This document shows, one piece after another, positions 1 to 10,178 of a stretch of 64,000 nucleotides of DNA. A program made the position numbers and the translations under genes. A model generated the notes under the pieces. That model did no database searches. It saw only the letters and a program-made list of their open reading frames with translations, and was not told the origin of the DNA. The DNA lies in the NCBI GenBank assembly GCA_003152105.1, contig PLZJ01000002.1, positions 848,112 through 912,111 on the forward strand. Reading direction: 5' to 3'. How positions within the stretch are numbered: the first letter of the stretch is position 1; each line of letters starts with the position of its first letter. Source of the stretch: Candidatus Levyibacteriota bacterium. GTDB lineage: Bacteria; Patescibacteriota; Microgenomatia; Levybacterales; UBA12049.

Positions 1-160
1 CAAATGCGTTTGTTAGGTTTTTGGATAATGAAATTAATTTGTCTTGCGATCGTGCAACGAGTGCTACTTTTGCACCTTTTTTATCTAAAAGTTCTGCAGT
101 TGCTCGACCTATTCCTGAAGAGGCTCCTGTCACTATTGCTATTTTATCTTTATAATTCAT
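1..160 (-). CDS. SDR family oxidoreductase, N-terminal part (runs off window start)
   Basis: Manual translation MNYKDKIAIVTGASSGIGRATAELLDKKGAKVALVAR contains the TGxxxGIG Rossmann motif; not in ORF track because truncated. Confidence 0.9.
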   Translation of the reverse strand, partial: MNYKDKIAIVTGASSGIGRATAELLDKKGAKVALVARSQDKLISLSKNLTNAF

Positions 161-166
161 ATTGTG

Positions 167-1681
167 TTAAACAAAACCGGGAAAGAAATCTTTTTTAATT
201 TGCTTTTCAGAAATTCCCATGCTACGAAGTGTTTGATCATATGCGTCAATCATAACATGTGGACCAGACAAGAAAAAGATTCTGTCTTTATAATCGGGAA
301 TTTCTTGTGTAATCATATTTTGATCTATTCTACCCAATCTTCCCGCCCAGCTTGTTAAGACAGCTTTTGTGTCAGTTAAGGTGTAAATAACCTTAATTCC
401 TAATTCTTTTTGAGCCATAGTAAATATATCACTATATACAATTTCATCTTGCGTTTTATTCGAGTACAAAAGGGTAATCGTTCTTTTTTCTTTTGTATCC
501 AACAAATATTTAATCATACTTCTAAATGGGGTAATACCAATGCCTCCTGCAATAAACACTAATTTTTTTGATGAATCTTTTGGAAGTGTAAAATCACCGC
601 TTAATTGGGCACCAATAATGGGAGTTTTATTATCCATCAAAAGCATTGCTTTTTTGTATGAACTCCCATTTTGATAAAATTTTACACCAAGTTTAATCTC
701 ATCTTCAGTAGGTGAGGAAGCAATAGTAAAATATCTCCTATTTCCACGACTATCAGTGTGTTTATGGGCAAAAGTCCATTCCATATATTGACCTGGAGAA
801 AAAGCCAATTTTTTGCTTGGCAAAAACAAGAATTCAAATATATCTGGAGCAAGTCTTATTTTTTGCTGCAGTGTAGAAAATATTTTAAATTTTGGAGAAA
901 CAAAATAGGCGTATATATTACCAGCAATAAGTGCCAATTCTGGTGTTGTATAAAAACTACCAATGTGGAATTGAGGCGCAAATAATATACCAACAATGAT
1001 GCCATATATTGCCTGTAATTTTTTGGTTGGAGGTGTTGTTAATGGTTCTGTTAGCATAACAAATGCAAAAAAGCATAGTGCAGTTGATAGGATAGTCTCT
1101 TTTAAAACAAGCAAAATATTACTCCCATTTACTACACTAAAACCTAAAATTGTTAGGAGTGTTGCAATGAAAAAATAGAATACCAAATCAAAACGTCTAA
1201 TTTTTCTCACTATTAAAAAACCAAGAAGCACAAAGGGCAGCATTGGCATAGTTCCAATCCACCAACTCGCAGATCCGTTAAATCCTATGGCCGTCAAAAC
1301 AACAGCTATTGCAACAGGATTGAAAATATGTTTTTTGTGAATTGTTAAAATATACTTTGAGGCAATTGAAAGCACTCCAGCAAAAAAGTACAGAGGTAAA
1401 TCTGAGAAAGATTTTATTGGCGAAATAATAAGAGAAAGTATTAACGCGGTAATGTATACAGATTCAACATTGGTTGGAACTGTATAAACATAAGAAAAAA
1501 GTTTGTTAGTCACCCAACATATAGCGGTAAGCAGTGAAGCTGATATGACAAGAAGCAATGGATTAAAGGGAAGTATGCCAAATATGCTATAAACAAACGC
1601 AACAAACAGTAGATACAATAAAAAATATAGTACTAATCGATACATTGTTATCGTATTTAATATGTCATCAATAAATTTCAT
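167..1681 (-). CDS. NqrB/RnfD-like membrane domain fused to FNR-type FAD/NAD(P)-binding oxidoreductase
   Basis: Multi-TM N-half with KHIFNP and MLTEPLTTP; C-half RYFTIASSP, IAGGIGITP, SGP motifs. Confidence 0.85.
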   Translation of the reverse strand: MKFIDDILNTITMYRLVLYFLLYLLFVAFVYSIFGILPFNPLLLVISASLLTAICWVTNKLFSYVYTVPTNVESVYITALILSLIISPIKSFSDLPLYFFAGVLSIASKYILTIHKKHIFNPVAIAVVLTAIGFNGSASWWIGTMPMLPFVLLGFLIVRKIRRFDLVFYFFIATLLTILGFSVVNGSNILLVLKETILSTALCFFAFVMLTEPLTTPPTKKLQAIYGIIVGILFAPQFHIGSFYTTPELALIAGNIYAYFVSPKFKIFSTLQQKIRLAPDIFEFLFLPSKKLAFSPGQYMEWTFAHKHTDSRGNRRYFTIASSPTEDEIKLGVKFYQNGSSYKKAMLLMDNKTPIIGAQLSGDFTLPKDSSKKLVFIAGGIGITPFRSMIKYLLDTKEKRTITLLYSNKTQDEIVYSDIFTMAQKELGIKVIYTLTDTKAVLTSWAGRLGRIDQNMITQEIPDYKDRIFFLSGPHVMIDAYDQTLRSMGISEKQIKKDFFPGFV

Positions 1682-1683
1682 AC

Positions 1684-2223
1684 TTAGCTTTTTGCCTTAT
1701 TTAAGGCAGTTTGTAATGATTGCATGAATGCTTGACTAGAATCGGTAGCACCAGAAACGATATCTACATTTGCACTTTGCGCTTGTATTGCTTCTTGAGA
1801 GAGCAGTGGATCAGCTTGAGAATTTATAGCAACTGAAGTTCCCCGATCATTTGGATACTGCAAAAATTGAACGCTCGTAATTTTCCCATTGGAAATAGTT
1901 GCTTGTACTTGAATGAGCCCATAAAATGCATCTTCACTATCTCCAACAAACGTTCCATCTTTGTATGGAGAATTATTTTTAGGTTTTGGCGTAGGTGAAG
2001 GAGGTTGTGTTGCAGTTAGCGCTTGACTAACTTGCCCATTAGATACAGGTGTAGTAGGAGGAGAAGTAACAGTAGGTATACTGGTAGATATAGTAGGACT
2101 TGGATTAGTACTTATCGCTTTTGGGACAATAATTGGCAAAGCCTTATATCCAAACACTCGCTCATAGAATGAATACATAACAAATAGCATAATGACTGTT
2201 AATGAAAGAAGTATTTTTTTCAT
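1684..2223 (-). CDS. Membrane-anchored FMN-binding (flavinylated) protein
   Basis: N-terminal TM, P/T/S-rich linker, YKDGTF, flavinylation motif VSGATDSS. Confidence 0.85.
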   Translation of the reverse strand: MKKILLSLTVIMLFVMYSFYERVFGYKALPIIVPKAISTNPSPTISTSIPTVTSPPTTPVSNGQVSQALTATQPPSPTPKPKNNSPYKDGTFVGDSEDAFYGLIQVQATISNGKITSVQFLQYPNDRGTSVAINSQADPLLSQEAIQAQSANVDIVSGATDSSQAFMQSLQTALNKAKS

Positions 2224-2999
2224 AAAGTTGTATATTTATGCTTATGTGAATTTATATGATTGCGTGTGTAGCGATTAAACCCACTAGTAAATGTTGCAAT
2301 ACCATTTTTATCTATCATATACGCTTCGAAGCCCGGAAGATTTTCAAAAAAAATAATTCCATTTCTTTGCATTGCAAATGCTGCAGTTGCAAATCTATCT
2401 GCTTCAAGCACATTAGGTCCAATAACCGTAATGCTAACAATATCATCAAGCGAATCAGTTACCTGTAATGGATTATATATGTGTGTACCCCGAATATAAT
2501 TTCCGGATGTTGCTACGCCTTCATTTGCTATTTGTATTACTTTGATAATTTCATTAGTGTTAAATGGATTTTTAATTCCTACTGACCAGTTATTTCCATT
2601 TGTATTTTTACCATTAACCTGAATATCCCCACCTGCGTCAATATAAAAATTCTCAAATCCCATTTTCCGAAGCATTTTTGAAGCATTATATATTGACCAT
2701 CCTTTTACCACTCCAGAGGGATCTACTATTCCGTTATGTACTATATTAAAATATCCAAATGTTTCTTGATTTGTTTTCTCCGCAAGTTGAAGTATCTCCT
2801 GCATATCTTTGCTATAAGCATTTTCTTTTAATTTGTCATAATTTATAGCAGAAATTTCGCTCGTTTTTTTATATGTACTAAATTTATTGTCGACAGAATC
2901 AAAATAATTGAAAATTTGAAGTATTGAAGAAGCACTAGATCCCTTATCTAAAATTTCTATGGTAATTGGCATACCCATAATCCATTTCGTTTTTTTCAT
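2220..2999 (-). CDS. apbE: FAD:protein FMN transferase (ApbE family)
   Basis: DPSGVVKGW, DAGGDI, WSVGIKNP, ATSGNY, ADRFATA motifs; overlaps FMN-bind gene start. Confidence 0.9.
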   Translation of the reverse strand: MKKTKWIMGMPITIEILDKGSSASSILQIFNYFDSVDNKFSTYKKTSEISAINYDKLKENAYSKDMQEILQLAEKTNQETFGYFNIVHNGIVDPSGVVKGWSIYNASKMLRKMGFENFYIDAGGDIQVNGKNTNGNNWSVGIKNPFNTNEIIKVIQIANEGVATSGNYIRGTHIYNPLQVTDSLDDIVSITVIGPNVLEADRFATAAFAMQRNGIIFFENLPGFEAYMIDKNGIATFTSGFNRYTRNHINSHKHKYTTL

Positions 3000-3075
3000 A
3001 TATCTATATTAAATCATACTTTGTAATACTGAAAGTAAACTGAGGAAATGGTAAGAATATATTTTGTAAATGAAG

Positions 3076-3558
3076 TTACTTTTTTACACTTTTACCTTTA
3101 ACCTTTTCGTTCTTTTTATTCAAAACGATATAAAAAACTATTGCAATAATAATTGCAGCAAAAGAAAGCAATGAACCAAGTGGTATAGTGAAGAATCCAA
3201 ATAAAAGCAGTTGTTGAGTAGTGCAAGGAGCTGTTAGCGTACAAGGAGATATTACTTCTGGAATAATTTTGTAATATAACAAATTGTGATAAACAGCGAT
3301 TAAAAATCCACTAAAAGCCAGGGGGAGAGCATAATAAATAGCGTCAGTCTTTTTTTTAAGAAATCCTGTTAAAAAAATAAAAGGGAGAGGATACATAAAT
3401 ATCCTTTGATACCAACATAGCGCACAAGGAACAAAATGAGCGATTTCGCTAAAGTAAAGGCTCATTAGAGTAGCTATTGTTGCAATGCAAAATGAAAAGT
3501 ACTGAAGATAAATAAGATGTTTTTTTAAAAAACTCATGAATATAATTCTATTATACAA
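3076..3558 (-). CDS. Disulfide bond formation protein DsbB/BdbC family
   Basis: PCALCWYQR, second Cys pair PCTLTAPC, 4 TMs; real start probably a later ATG (MSFLKK). Confidence 0.85.
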   Translation of the reverse strand: MYNRIIFMSFLKKHLIYLQYFSFCIATIATLMSLYFSEIAHFVPCALCWYQRIFMYPLPFIFLTGFLKKKTDAIYYALPLAFSGFLIAVYHNLLYYKIIPEVISPCTLTAPCTTQQLLLFGFFTIPLGSLLSFAAIIIAIVFYIVLNKKNEKVKGKSVKK

Positions 3559-3592
3559 AAAATGTCACATTTAACAACAGCGGTAAATGAGG

Positions 3593-4960
3593 CTATATAA
3601 ATAGGGAAACAATCGTTGCTATACCAGAAATTACCATAAATATTGTTGTTAACCAACCAATCATTGCGATAAAAGGCGGATTGACAAGTTCTTTTACCAC
3701 TTTTTTGCTGCTTGTCATTTGTACAATTAAGAAAAGTATTACTGGTGCGACTAGTCCATTTGCTACGGCTGAATAAATAAGCATTTTTATTGGATCAAAT
3801 CCTACAAAATTTAATGATAGACCTATTACCATTTGTAAAATAATAATGCCATAAAATGCTCGTGCATCCTTTAACTTTCTATATAATCCCTGTTTCCATA
3901 AAAAACTTTCAGAAATAGTATATGCAGCTGAACCTGCAAGTACAGGAATTGCAAGTAAGCCCATTCCTACAATTCCAAGACCAAATAGTAAAAACGCATA
4001 TTGCCCTGCGAGTGGTCGAAGCGCTAGTGCTGCCTGTGCAGCTGTTGAAATATTTTTAATACCATGCGTGTAAAGAACTGCAGCACATGTTGCAATAATA
4101 AAAAACATGACTGCATTTGAAAGAAACATTCCTGACCAGACATCTATTCTCATTTTTCGAATTTCTTTTTTTGAAACACCTTCTTGTCGAAGACGAATAG
4201 ATGTTTTTCCATGGAGTATTTCTTCTTCCACCTCATGAGAGGTTTGCCAAAAAAATAAGTAGGGAGATATTGTGGTTCCGAGTATGGCAGTAATTAGAAA
4301 AAATTGACCTTTTGAAAATGTAAGAGAAGGTATAACTAAATGATAAAATAACTGTTTTGGATCAATACCAACAATTAGTGCTGTTATTACATAAGAAAAT
4401 AATACAAGTACTAAATATTTTAAGTATTTAGCATATCTCTCATAAGGAGTAAATATCTGAACAAGTAGAACAAAAAGTGTAAAAAATATCGCAAGCACTG
4501 CAAAATTAAATTGTGGAGCAAATAATTTAACTCCCTCAGCCATTGCCCCTAAGTCTGCACCAATGTTTAGCGTATTTGCAATGAAAAGCAGTATTCCGCA
4601 TGTATAAAGAACCCATTTGGGATAATTTATACGTATATTTCCCGCAAGTCCTCGTCCAGTCATAAGCCCAATTCGGGCACACATTTCCTGTACAACAGCC
4701 ATTAACGGAAATGTGAATAATGACAACCATAACAATTGAAATCCGTATTGTGCACCGGTTTGAGAGTAGGTTGCAATCCCTGAAGGATCATCATCAGCTG
4801 CCCCTGTAACTAGTCCAGGTCCTAAACTTGTCCAGTAACCGTGTGCTTTCTTAACTTGCTTATGAGAAAGCGCAGAATCAGTAATTTTTTTTCCCGCATC
4901 AATACTTTTTTCGAGCATGAAAGAAGGTGCTTCTGCAATTTTTTCAATAGTATTGTCCAT
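3593..4960 (-). CDS. NRAMP-superfamily divalent metal transporter (non-canonical clade)
   Basis: GPGLVTGAADDDPSGIATY and GTTISPY instead of DPGN/MPH; about 11 TMs. Confidence 0.85.
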   Translation of the reverse strand: MDNTIEKIAEAPSFMLEKSIDAGKKITDSALSHKQVKKAHGYWTSLGPGLVTGAADDDPSGIATYSQTGAQYGFQLLWLSLFTFPLMAVVQEMCARIGLMTGRGLAGNIRINYPKWVLYTCGILLFIANTLNIGADLGAMAEGVKLFAPQFNFAVLAIFFTLFVLLVQIFTPYERYAKYLKYLVLVLFSYVITALIVGIDPKQLFYHLVIPSLTFSKGQFFLITAILGTTISPYLFFWQTSHEVEEEILHGKTSIRLRQEGVSKKEIRKMRIDVWSGMFLSNAVMFFIIATCAAVLYTHGIKNISTAAQAALALRPLAGQYAFLLFGLGIVGMGLLAIPVLAGSAAYTISESFLWKQGLYRKLKDARAFYGIIILQMVIGLSLNFVGFDPIKMLIYSAVANGLVAPVILFLIVQMTSSKKVVKELVNPPFIAMIGWLTTIFMVISGIATIVSLFI

Positions 4961-5004
4961 ACTATAATTAAAGAGTATATTTTTTAATAAAGCAAGAAAG
5001 AGTA

Positions 5005-7554
5005 TTAATTAACAGGTTTAATAGCGTGAATATTCATTTTGTAATACCAAACTTTTGCTATATCTAAGGCAATAAAATAAACAACGGTTATAACAAGTAT
5101 ATAAGAAAATGTCGAAAAAGAAAGTGAAGTAAATGAAAATAGATGCGCAATAGATGGCACGTAGACAAATACTATTGCCAGTAAAAATACAAAAACTGTT
5201 GAAATAGTTAAAAGAAATGATGGGTTTTTTCCTTTCCAAAAATAATCAGTATTACGAATAGAAAATATAACTATTAATTGTATAAATGTTAAAAATAAGA
5301 AAATACTGCTTTCTGTTACATTTGATACGCGCAGATGGGTAGTGGCAAAAAAAATAAATTCAAAAAACATTGTCAAACTTCCAAGTAATAATGAAATAAA
5401 CATTAATGAATGGATATTAAAAAGTTGTGGTTTTCTAACTTGGTAATTATTTATATTATCAGAGTAGATAAAAATATGAGGTAAATCAGTAATAAGACTT
5501 GTTAATAAGAGTTGTACGGGAAGTAGTGGCAAAGCAGACGAGAGCAAATATAATCCGGCCAGTGCAAAGAAATTCCCGAAATTACCAACCATAGTATATT
5601 TAATATACTTATTAATATTCACAAAAACTCCTCTGCCTGCCTTAATACCATTAATAATAACTTCTAAATCACTTCGAAGAAGAAGTATTTCAGCACTATC
5701 TTTTGCCACATCAGATGCACTTGAAACGGCAATCCCAACATCTGCAAGTTTAAGTGATGGGGCATCATTAATACCATCACCTTGATAACCTACAACAAAC
5801 TGTTTTTTGAGCGCTTCGATAATTGCATATTTTTGAATGGGAGTTACCTGTGCAAATATAGGATTGGCTATTACAGCATTAGAAAAATCTTCTGGGTTCA
5901 TTTTCTGTAATTCTTCACCTGTATATATCTTATCTGTTGACTTTAGTAAACCTACTTCATTTCCAATAAATCGCGCTACATCTTTACTGTCTCCAGTTAA
6001 AATCTTAATTCCTACTCCTAAGCGCTGTGCAAGCTCAATGGTTCTTTTTGAAGTTGGTCTAAGAGGATCTACCAATTTTGCATATCCTAAAAATTGAAGC
6101 TTGTTTTCATGCTTTAGTATTGAAAAGTTACCTTTATATGCAATTTGCTTATATGCTATGCCAATATTTCTCATTCCTGACTTACTATCTAAACTAAGTT
6201 GCTTATGAATACTATGTTTTTTTGTATAGTTACTCAAAGTGAGTAATGTTTCTGTAGCGCCAATTACTACCAAGTAATATTTTTTGTCTTTTATATCTTG
6301 TATTATCAACCTTCTTCTTCTTGCTTCAGGATCAAATGATAAATCCTCAATTTGTTTAAATCGTTTTGCCTGTTCTTGAGTTTGATTATCTATATATGTT
6401 TTAAATGCATGATCATACGGATCTCGCAAGTGATTTTTTTTCTCGTTTGCAAATGCAATTGCAGCAATTGCAAATTCTTGAAATAATTTCGAATTCTCAG
6501 AAACAATTTCATTTATGCTAATTGCATTTTGTGTGAGTGTGCCTGTTTTATCGGTACATAGTAATGTAATATTTCCTAAGTCTTCAAGTGAAGAAAGTCT
6601 TTTAACAATTACATGTCGTTTTGCAAGATGAAGAGCACCTTTAGCAAGTGTAACGGTTGCAATGACTGGCAACGCTTCTGGGATTACCGCAATTGCTAAT
6701 GCAATAATAAAGAGAAAGTAGGTGGAAATATGACCTAAATCATGAGTAATTAATAATTTCGCGATAAATATTATAAGTAGTGTAAATAACGTGATGCGCA
6801 TTAAATAAGAGCTAAATAGTGAAAGAGATTTTTCATATTGGGTAATTTTACGAGTATTCGTAGAAAGCACTGCAATTGCACCAAGTTCTGTAGCTCCTCC
6901 CGTTGCATAGACAATGCCAATTCCCTCTCCCTGTTCGATAATGCTGCCTGCAAAAAGCAAATTAGCATAAGCTTTGCCATTTACAGTTGTACTATTTTTA
7001 CTACTTAGCTTGGAAACATTTGTTGACTCACCTGTTAACTGTGATTCGTTAACACTTAAACTATCTGAAGATAATAATCTAACATCTGCTGGAACTATAT
7101 CTCCTTCTTTGACAATAACAATATCTCCAGGAACTAGTACTTTTTCGTCGATTAGTACGTTTTTATTATCTCTTTTAACCAGTATTTCATGGCTAATTAA
7201 TTTTGAAAGTTCTTCAACTGCTTTTTCGCTTTTAAATTCTTGGTAAAACCCAAGTAGTGCATTTATAAAAAGTATTGCAATAATAACTAAACTATCTGAA
7301 TAGTCTCTCAGTAAAAACGATAGAAGAGCTGCTATTAACAATAAATAAATAAGTGAACTTGCAAATTGTTTTAATAATAATTGGAGTATATTAGTTTGTG
7401 TTTTTTTGAATACATTTTGACCATAAAAATGCAGTGCATTTGTTACTTGATCAATGGAAAGACCATTTTCATTCGAATGAAAATGAGCATATAACTGGTC
7501 AAGCGTACTTTTCGAAGCAATATCTTTATGCATATAATAATCATACATCAGCAA
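5005..7554 (-). CDS. P-type cation-transporting ATPase, MgtA-like
   Basis: TGES, PEALP, DKTGT, GDGIND motifs; neighbours are Mg-transport genes; start probably ATG at 7533. Confidence 0.85.
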   Translation of the reverse strand: MLMYDYYMHKDIASKSTLDQLYAHFHSNENGLSIDQVTNALHFYGQNVFKKTQTNILQLLLKQFASSLIYLLLIAALLSFLLRDYSDSLVIIAILFINALLGFYQEFKSEKAVEELSKLISHEILVKRDNKNVLIDEKVLVPGDIVIVKEGDIVPADVRLLSSDSLSVNESQLTGESTNVSKLSSKNSTTVNGKAYANLLFAGSIIEQGEGIGIVYATGGATELGAIAVLSTNTRKITQYEKSLSLFSSYLMRITLFTLLIIFIAKLLITHDLGHISTYFLFIIALAIAVIPEALPVIATVTLAKGALHLAKRHVIVKRLSSLEDLGNITLLCTDKTGTLTQNAISINEIVSENSKLFQEFAIAAIAFANEKKNHLRDPYDHAFKTYIDNQTQEQAKRFKQIEDLSFDPEARRRRLIIQDIKDKKYYLVVIGATETLLTLSNYTKKHSIHKQLSLDSKSGMRNIGIAYKQIAYKGNFSILKHENKLQFLGYAKLVDPLRPTSKRTIELAQRLGVGIKILTGDSKDVARFIGNEVGLLKSTDKIYTGEELQKMNPEDFSNAVIANPIFAQVTPIQKYAIIEALKKQFVVGYQGDGINDAPSLKLADVGIAVSSASDVAKDSAEILLLRSDLEVIINGIKAGRGVFVNINKYIKYTMVGNFGNFFALAGLYLLSSALPLLPVQLLLTSLITDLPHIFIYSDNINNYQVRKPQLFNIHSLMFISLLLGSLTMFFEFIFFATTHLRVSNVTESSIFLFLTFIQLIVIFSIRNTDYFWKGKNPSFLLTISTVFVFLLAIVFVYVPSIAHLFSFTSLSFSTFSYILVITVVYFIALDIAKVWYYKMNIHAIKPVN

Positions 7555-7593
7555 GAATTCTAATTACAATCGATGACAAGGAATTTTTGCACA

Positions 7594-7622
7594 TTGACAG
7601 GCTTAGCTATGAGTTCTACAAT
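7594..7622 (+). promoter_or_regulatory. sigma70 promoter for the mgtE-N/NRAMP operon
   Basis: TTGACA-17 nt-TACAAT. Confidence 0.65.
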
Positions 7623-7654
7623 TTAAAAAGAGGGAAAACAGGAGAAGAAAAATA

Positions 7655-7708
7655 ATGGAAGACGACGATTATTACCGTAAAGTAAGTTTTGTTTTTATCT
7701 GTTACTAA
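7655..7708 (+). CDS. Putative 17-aa leader peptide MEDDDYYRKVSFVFICY
   Basis: AGGAG upstream of ATG; lies inside the structured 5' leader of the Mg-transport operon. Confidence 0.35.
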   Translation: MEDDDYYRKVSFVFICY

Positions 7709-7759
7709 GTCTACGTTATTATTTTTCTTCCCCCCTTTTTCTGTATTGGAGATAGTAGT

Positions 7760-8947
7760 ATGTTGTATTTATCTCAGCTTTTGAAAAAGAAAATTTTTTA
7801 TGGAAACACTTCACTAGTTAGTATTAGTGATTTTACTGTGTCTGGCGATCCAAAATCTCCATATATAACAAATCTTTTAGTTAAAAAATCGAGAAAGAAA
7901 TACTTAATTCCCGCAGATTCAGTTACTTACGATCAGGTGCAAAATCGTTTTACTGCTAAAAAGGAGGAGCTTGATTTTAAAGAAAGTAATGATACATATT
8001 TTTATCTTGTTGAAGATTTGTTAGATAAACAAGTAATAGACATAACTGGTAAAAGATTAGTTCGAGTAAACGACATAATACTTGAAGTAAATGGGAAATT
8101 AAAAATTACTGGAATTGATATTGGACTGTCTGGCATTACCAGAAGACTTGGGCTTAATTTTCCAAAACGAATCATCACGATTCCTTGGTCAGTAATTGAA
8201 GCATTTGATTATCAAACTGGAGATGTAAAAATAAAATTAAGTGAAAGTAAATTAAACACCCTTCATCCTGCTGAACTGGCTGATATTTTAGAAGAAGTTG
8301 GAACAAAAGAAAGAGAAGGAATAGTTGAAATTTTAGATGCAGAACAAGCTGCTTCAGCTATTGAAGAGGCAAATGAAGATACACAAGAAGCAATTATTGA
8401 GCATCTACCAACACCACAGCTTGAAAAGGTTCTTGAAAAAATGCGTACATCAGAAATTGCTGATGTTATTGATGAAGTGAATGAACATACATTTAAAAAA
8501 ATCTTGAAAATTCTTGGAAATGATCGAGCAAAAAATGTCGAAAACTTATTACGATTTCCAGACGATTCTGCAGGAGGGTTAATGCATTTATCCTTTTATA
8601 AGGAAAAGGGGGACAAAACAATTGGTGAAGTATTAGGACATCTTTCAAAAATTAAAGTACAACCCGAAGCAATTGTTGTTATTGATGATAATGATCTGCT
8701 TTTAGGTCAAGTACATGCTAATGAATTAATTAATATTGATCCCAATCTTCCCCTTAATAAACTCGTCACAACTTCTTACTCAGTTGATCAATATGCATCC
8801 TTTTCCTTAATACTTCGAAAATTCGCTGAATATAATCTTCGCGTTCTACCGGTAATTGATGAAAACAATAAAGTAATTGGAGTAATAACAATTGACGCAG
8901 TACTTCATAGGATAGAAGAGGAAAAAGAACATGCTGAGACGCTTTAA
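7760..8947 (+). CDS. PRC-barrel + MgtE intracellular N-domain + CBS pair protein (no MgtE TM domain)
   Basis: LLDKQVIDITGKRLVRVNDI, LHPAELADILE, DSAGGLM, LPVIDE..GVITID. Confidence 0.85.
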   Translation: MLYLSQLLKKKIFYGNTSLVSISDFTVSGDPKSPYITNLLVKKSRKKYLIPADSVTYDQVQNRFTAKKEELDFKESNDTYFYLVEDLLDKQVIDITGKRLVRVNDIILEVNGKLKITGIDIGLSGITRRLGLNFPKRIITIPWSVIEAFDYQTGDVKIKLSESKLNTLHPAELADILEEVGTKEREGIVEILDAEQAASAIEEANEDTQEAIIEHLPTPQLEKVLEKMRTSEIADVIDEVNEHTFKKILKILGNDRAKNVENLLRFPDDSAGGLMHLSFYKEKGDKTIGEVLGHLSKIKVQPEAIVVIDDNDLLLGQVHANELINIDPNLPLNKLVTTSYSVDQYASFSLILRKFAEYNLRVLPVIDENNKVIGVITIDAVLHRIEEEKEHAETL

Positions 8948-10175
8948 ATATCAACTAATTCGAATTGCCCCCATTTTACTCGTAATAGGTCCTGGCATCA
9001 TATCAGGTTCTGTTGATAATGATGCGGGAGGAATAACAACCTATTCAGTCGCAGGTGCACAATTTGGAACCACACTTCTTTGGGTGTTATTTCTAACAAC
9101 ATTTTCACTTGCAGTAACGCAGGAAGTAGGGGCAAGACTTGGCATTGCAACAGGAAAAGGTCTTGCTGCATTAATTCGAGAAAAATTTGGGGTTCGATGG
9201 ACTACGTTTATCATGATAGTTCTCCTAATAGCAAATTTAGGTACAATTGCTGCTGAATTTGCAGGTATTGCTGCAGCTTTACAAATAGTTGGTATGAGTA
9301 AATTCATAAGTGTTCCACTCGCAGCAGTAATCATATTTTTGCTCGTTACAAAAGGAAGTTTTAAAAGACTGGAGAAAATATTCTTAGTAGCATCGGCATT
9401 TTATATAGTGTATGTAATCTCTGCATATCTTGCACATCCTAACTGGACTAACGCATTTAAAGATCTGGTTATTCCAACATTTTCAGCAAATAAAGCGTAT
9501 TTATTAACACTTATTGCAGTCATAGGAACTACTATAACGCCATGGGGTCAATTTTTTATACAAGATTATGTTGTTGATAAAAAACTTTCAAAAGAGGACA
9601 TGAAAATTGAAAGAGGAGATGTGTTTTTTGGATCATTTATCACAAATATTATTTCGTTTTTTATCATAGTTGCTTGTGCGGCAACGCTATATACTCATGG
9701 AAGAGTAATTCAAGACGCAGCAGATGCAGCCGTTGCTCTTCAACCGTTTGCAGGACATTTTGCAACGATTTTATTTGGTCTTGGTCTCTTTAATGCTTCA
9801 ATATTTGGTGCTGCACTCGTTCCAATTTCAACATCCTATGTTATTACTGAAGCATTTGGTTTTGAATCTGGTCTTGATCATGGTTTTTCAGAAGCACCGG
9901 AATTTTATGGTTTATTTGCATTTTTATTAATTATCGGAGGCTTACTCGTTGTCCTTCCATTCCTGCCACTTCTTACTATTTTATTTGTAAGTCAAGCAGT
10001 GAATGCAATACTCCTTCTCCCCATATTTATATTTCTCTTACTTCTTTCAAATGACAGTAAATTATTAAATGGGTATTCAAACGGGAAATTTGTAAATACT
10101 ATCCTTCTTGTTACTATGTTTGCATTAGCTATTGCTTCAATTGCCTACTTTATTTCAATTTTTGTAACATTTTAA
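8931..10175 (+). CDS. NRAMP-related Mg2+ transporter-like protein
   Basis: DNDAGGITTY and GTTITPW motifs; overlaps the MgtE-N/CBS gene. Confidence 0.85.
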   Translation: MLRRFKYQLIRIAPILLVIGPGIISGSVDNDAGGITTYSVAGAQFGTTLLWVLFLTTFSLAVTQEVGARLGIATGKGLAALIREKFGVRWTTFIMIVLLIANLGTIAAEFAGIAAALQIVGMSKFISVPLAAVIIFLLVTKGSFKRLEKIFLVASAFYIVYVISAYLAHPNWTNAFKDLVIPTFSANKAYLLTLIAVIGTTITPWGQFFIQDYVVDKKLSKEDMKIERGDVFFGSFITNIISFFIIVACAATLYTHGRVIQDAADAAVALQPFAGHFATILFGLGLFNASIFGAALVPISTSYVITEAFGFESGLDHGFSEAPEFYGLFAFLLIIGGLLVVLPFLPLLTILFVSQAVNAILLLPIFIFLLLLSNDSKLLNGYSNGKFVNTILLVTMFALAIASIAYFISIFVTF

Positions 10176-10178
10176 TAA

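Noticed and set aside
7629-7759. M-box or yybP-ykoY riboswitch
   Set aside because: Could not match their conserved cores by eye; an Rfam search is needed
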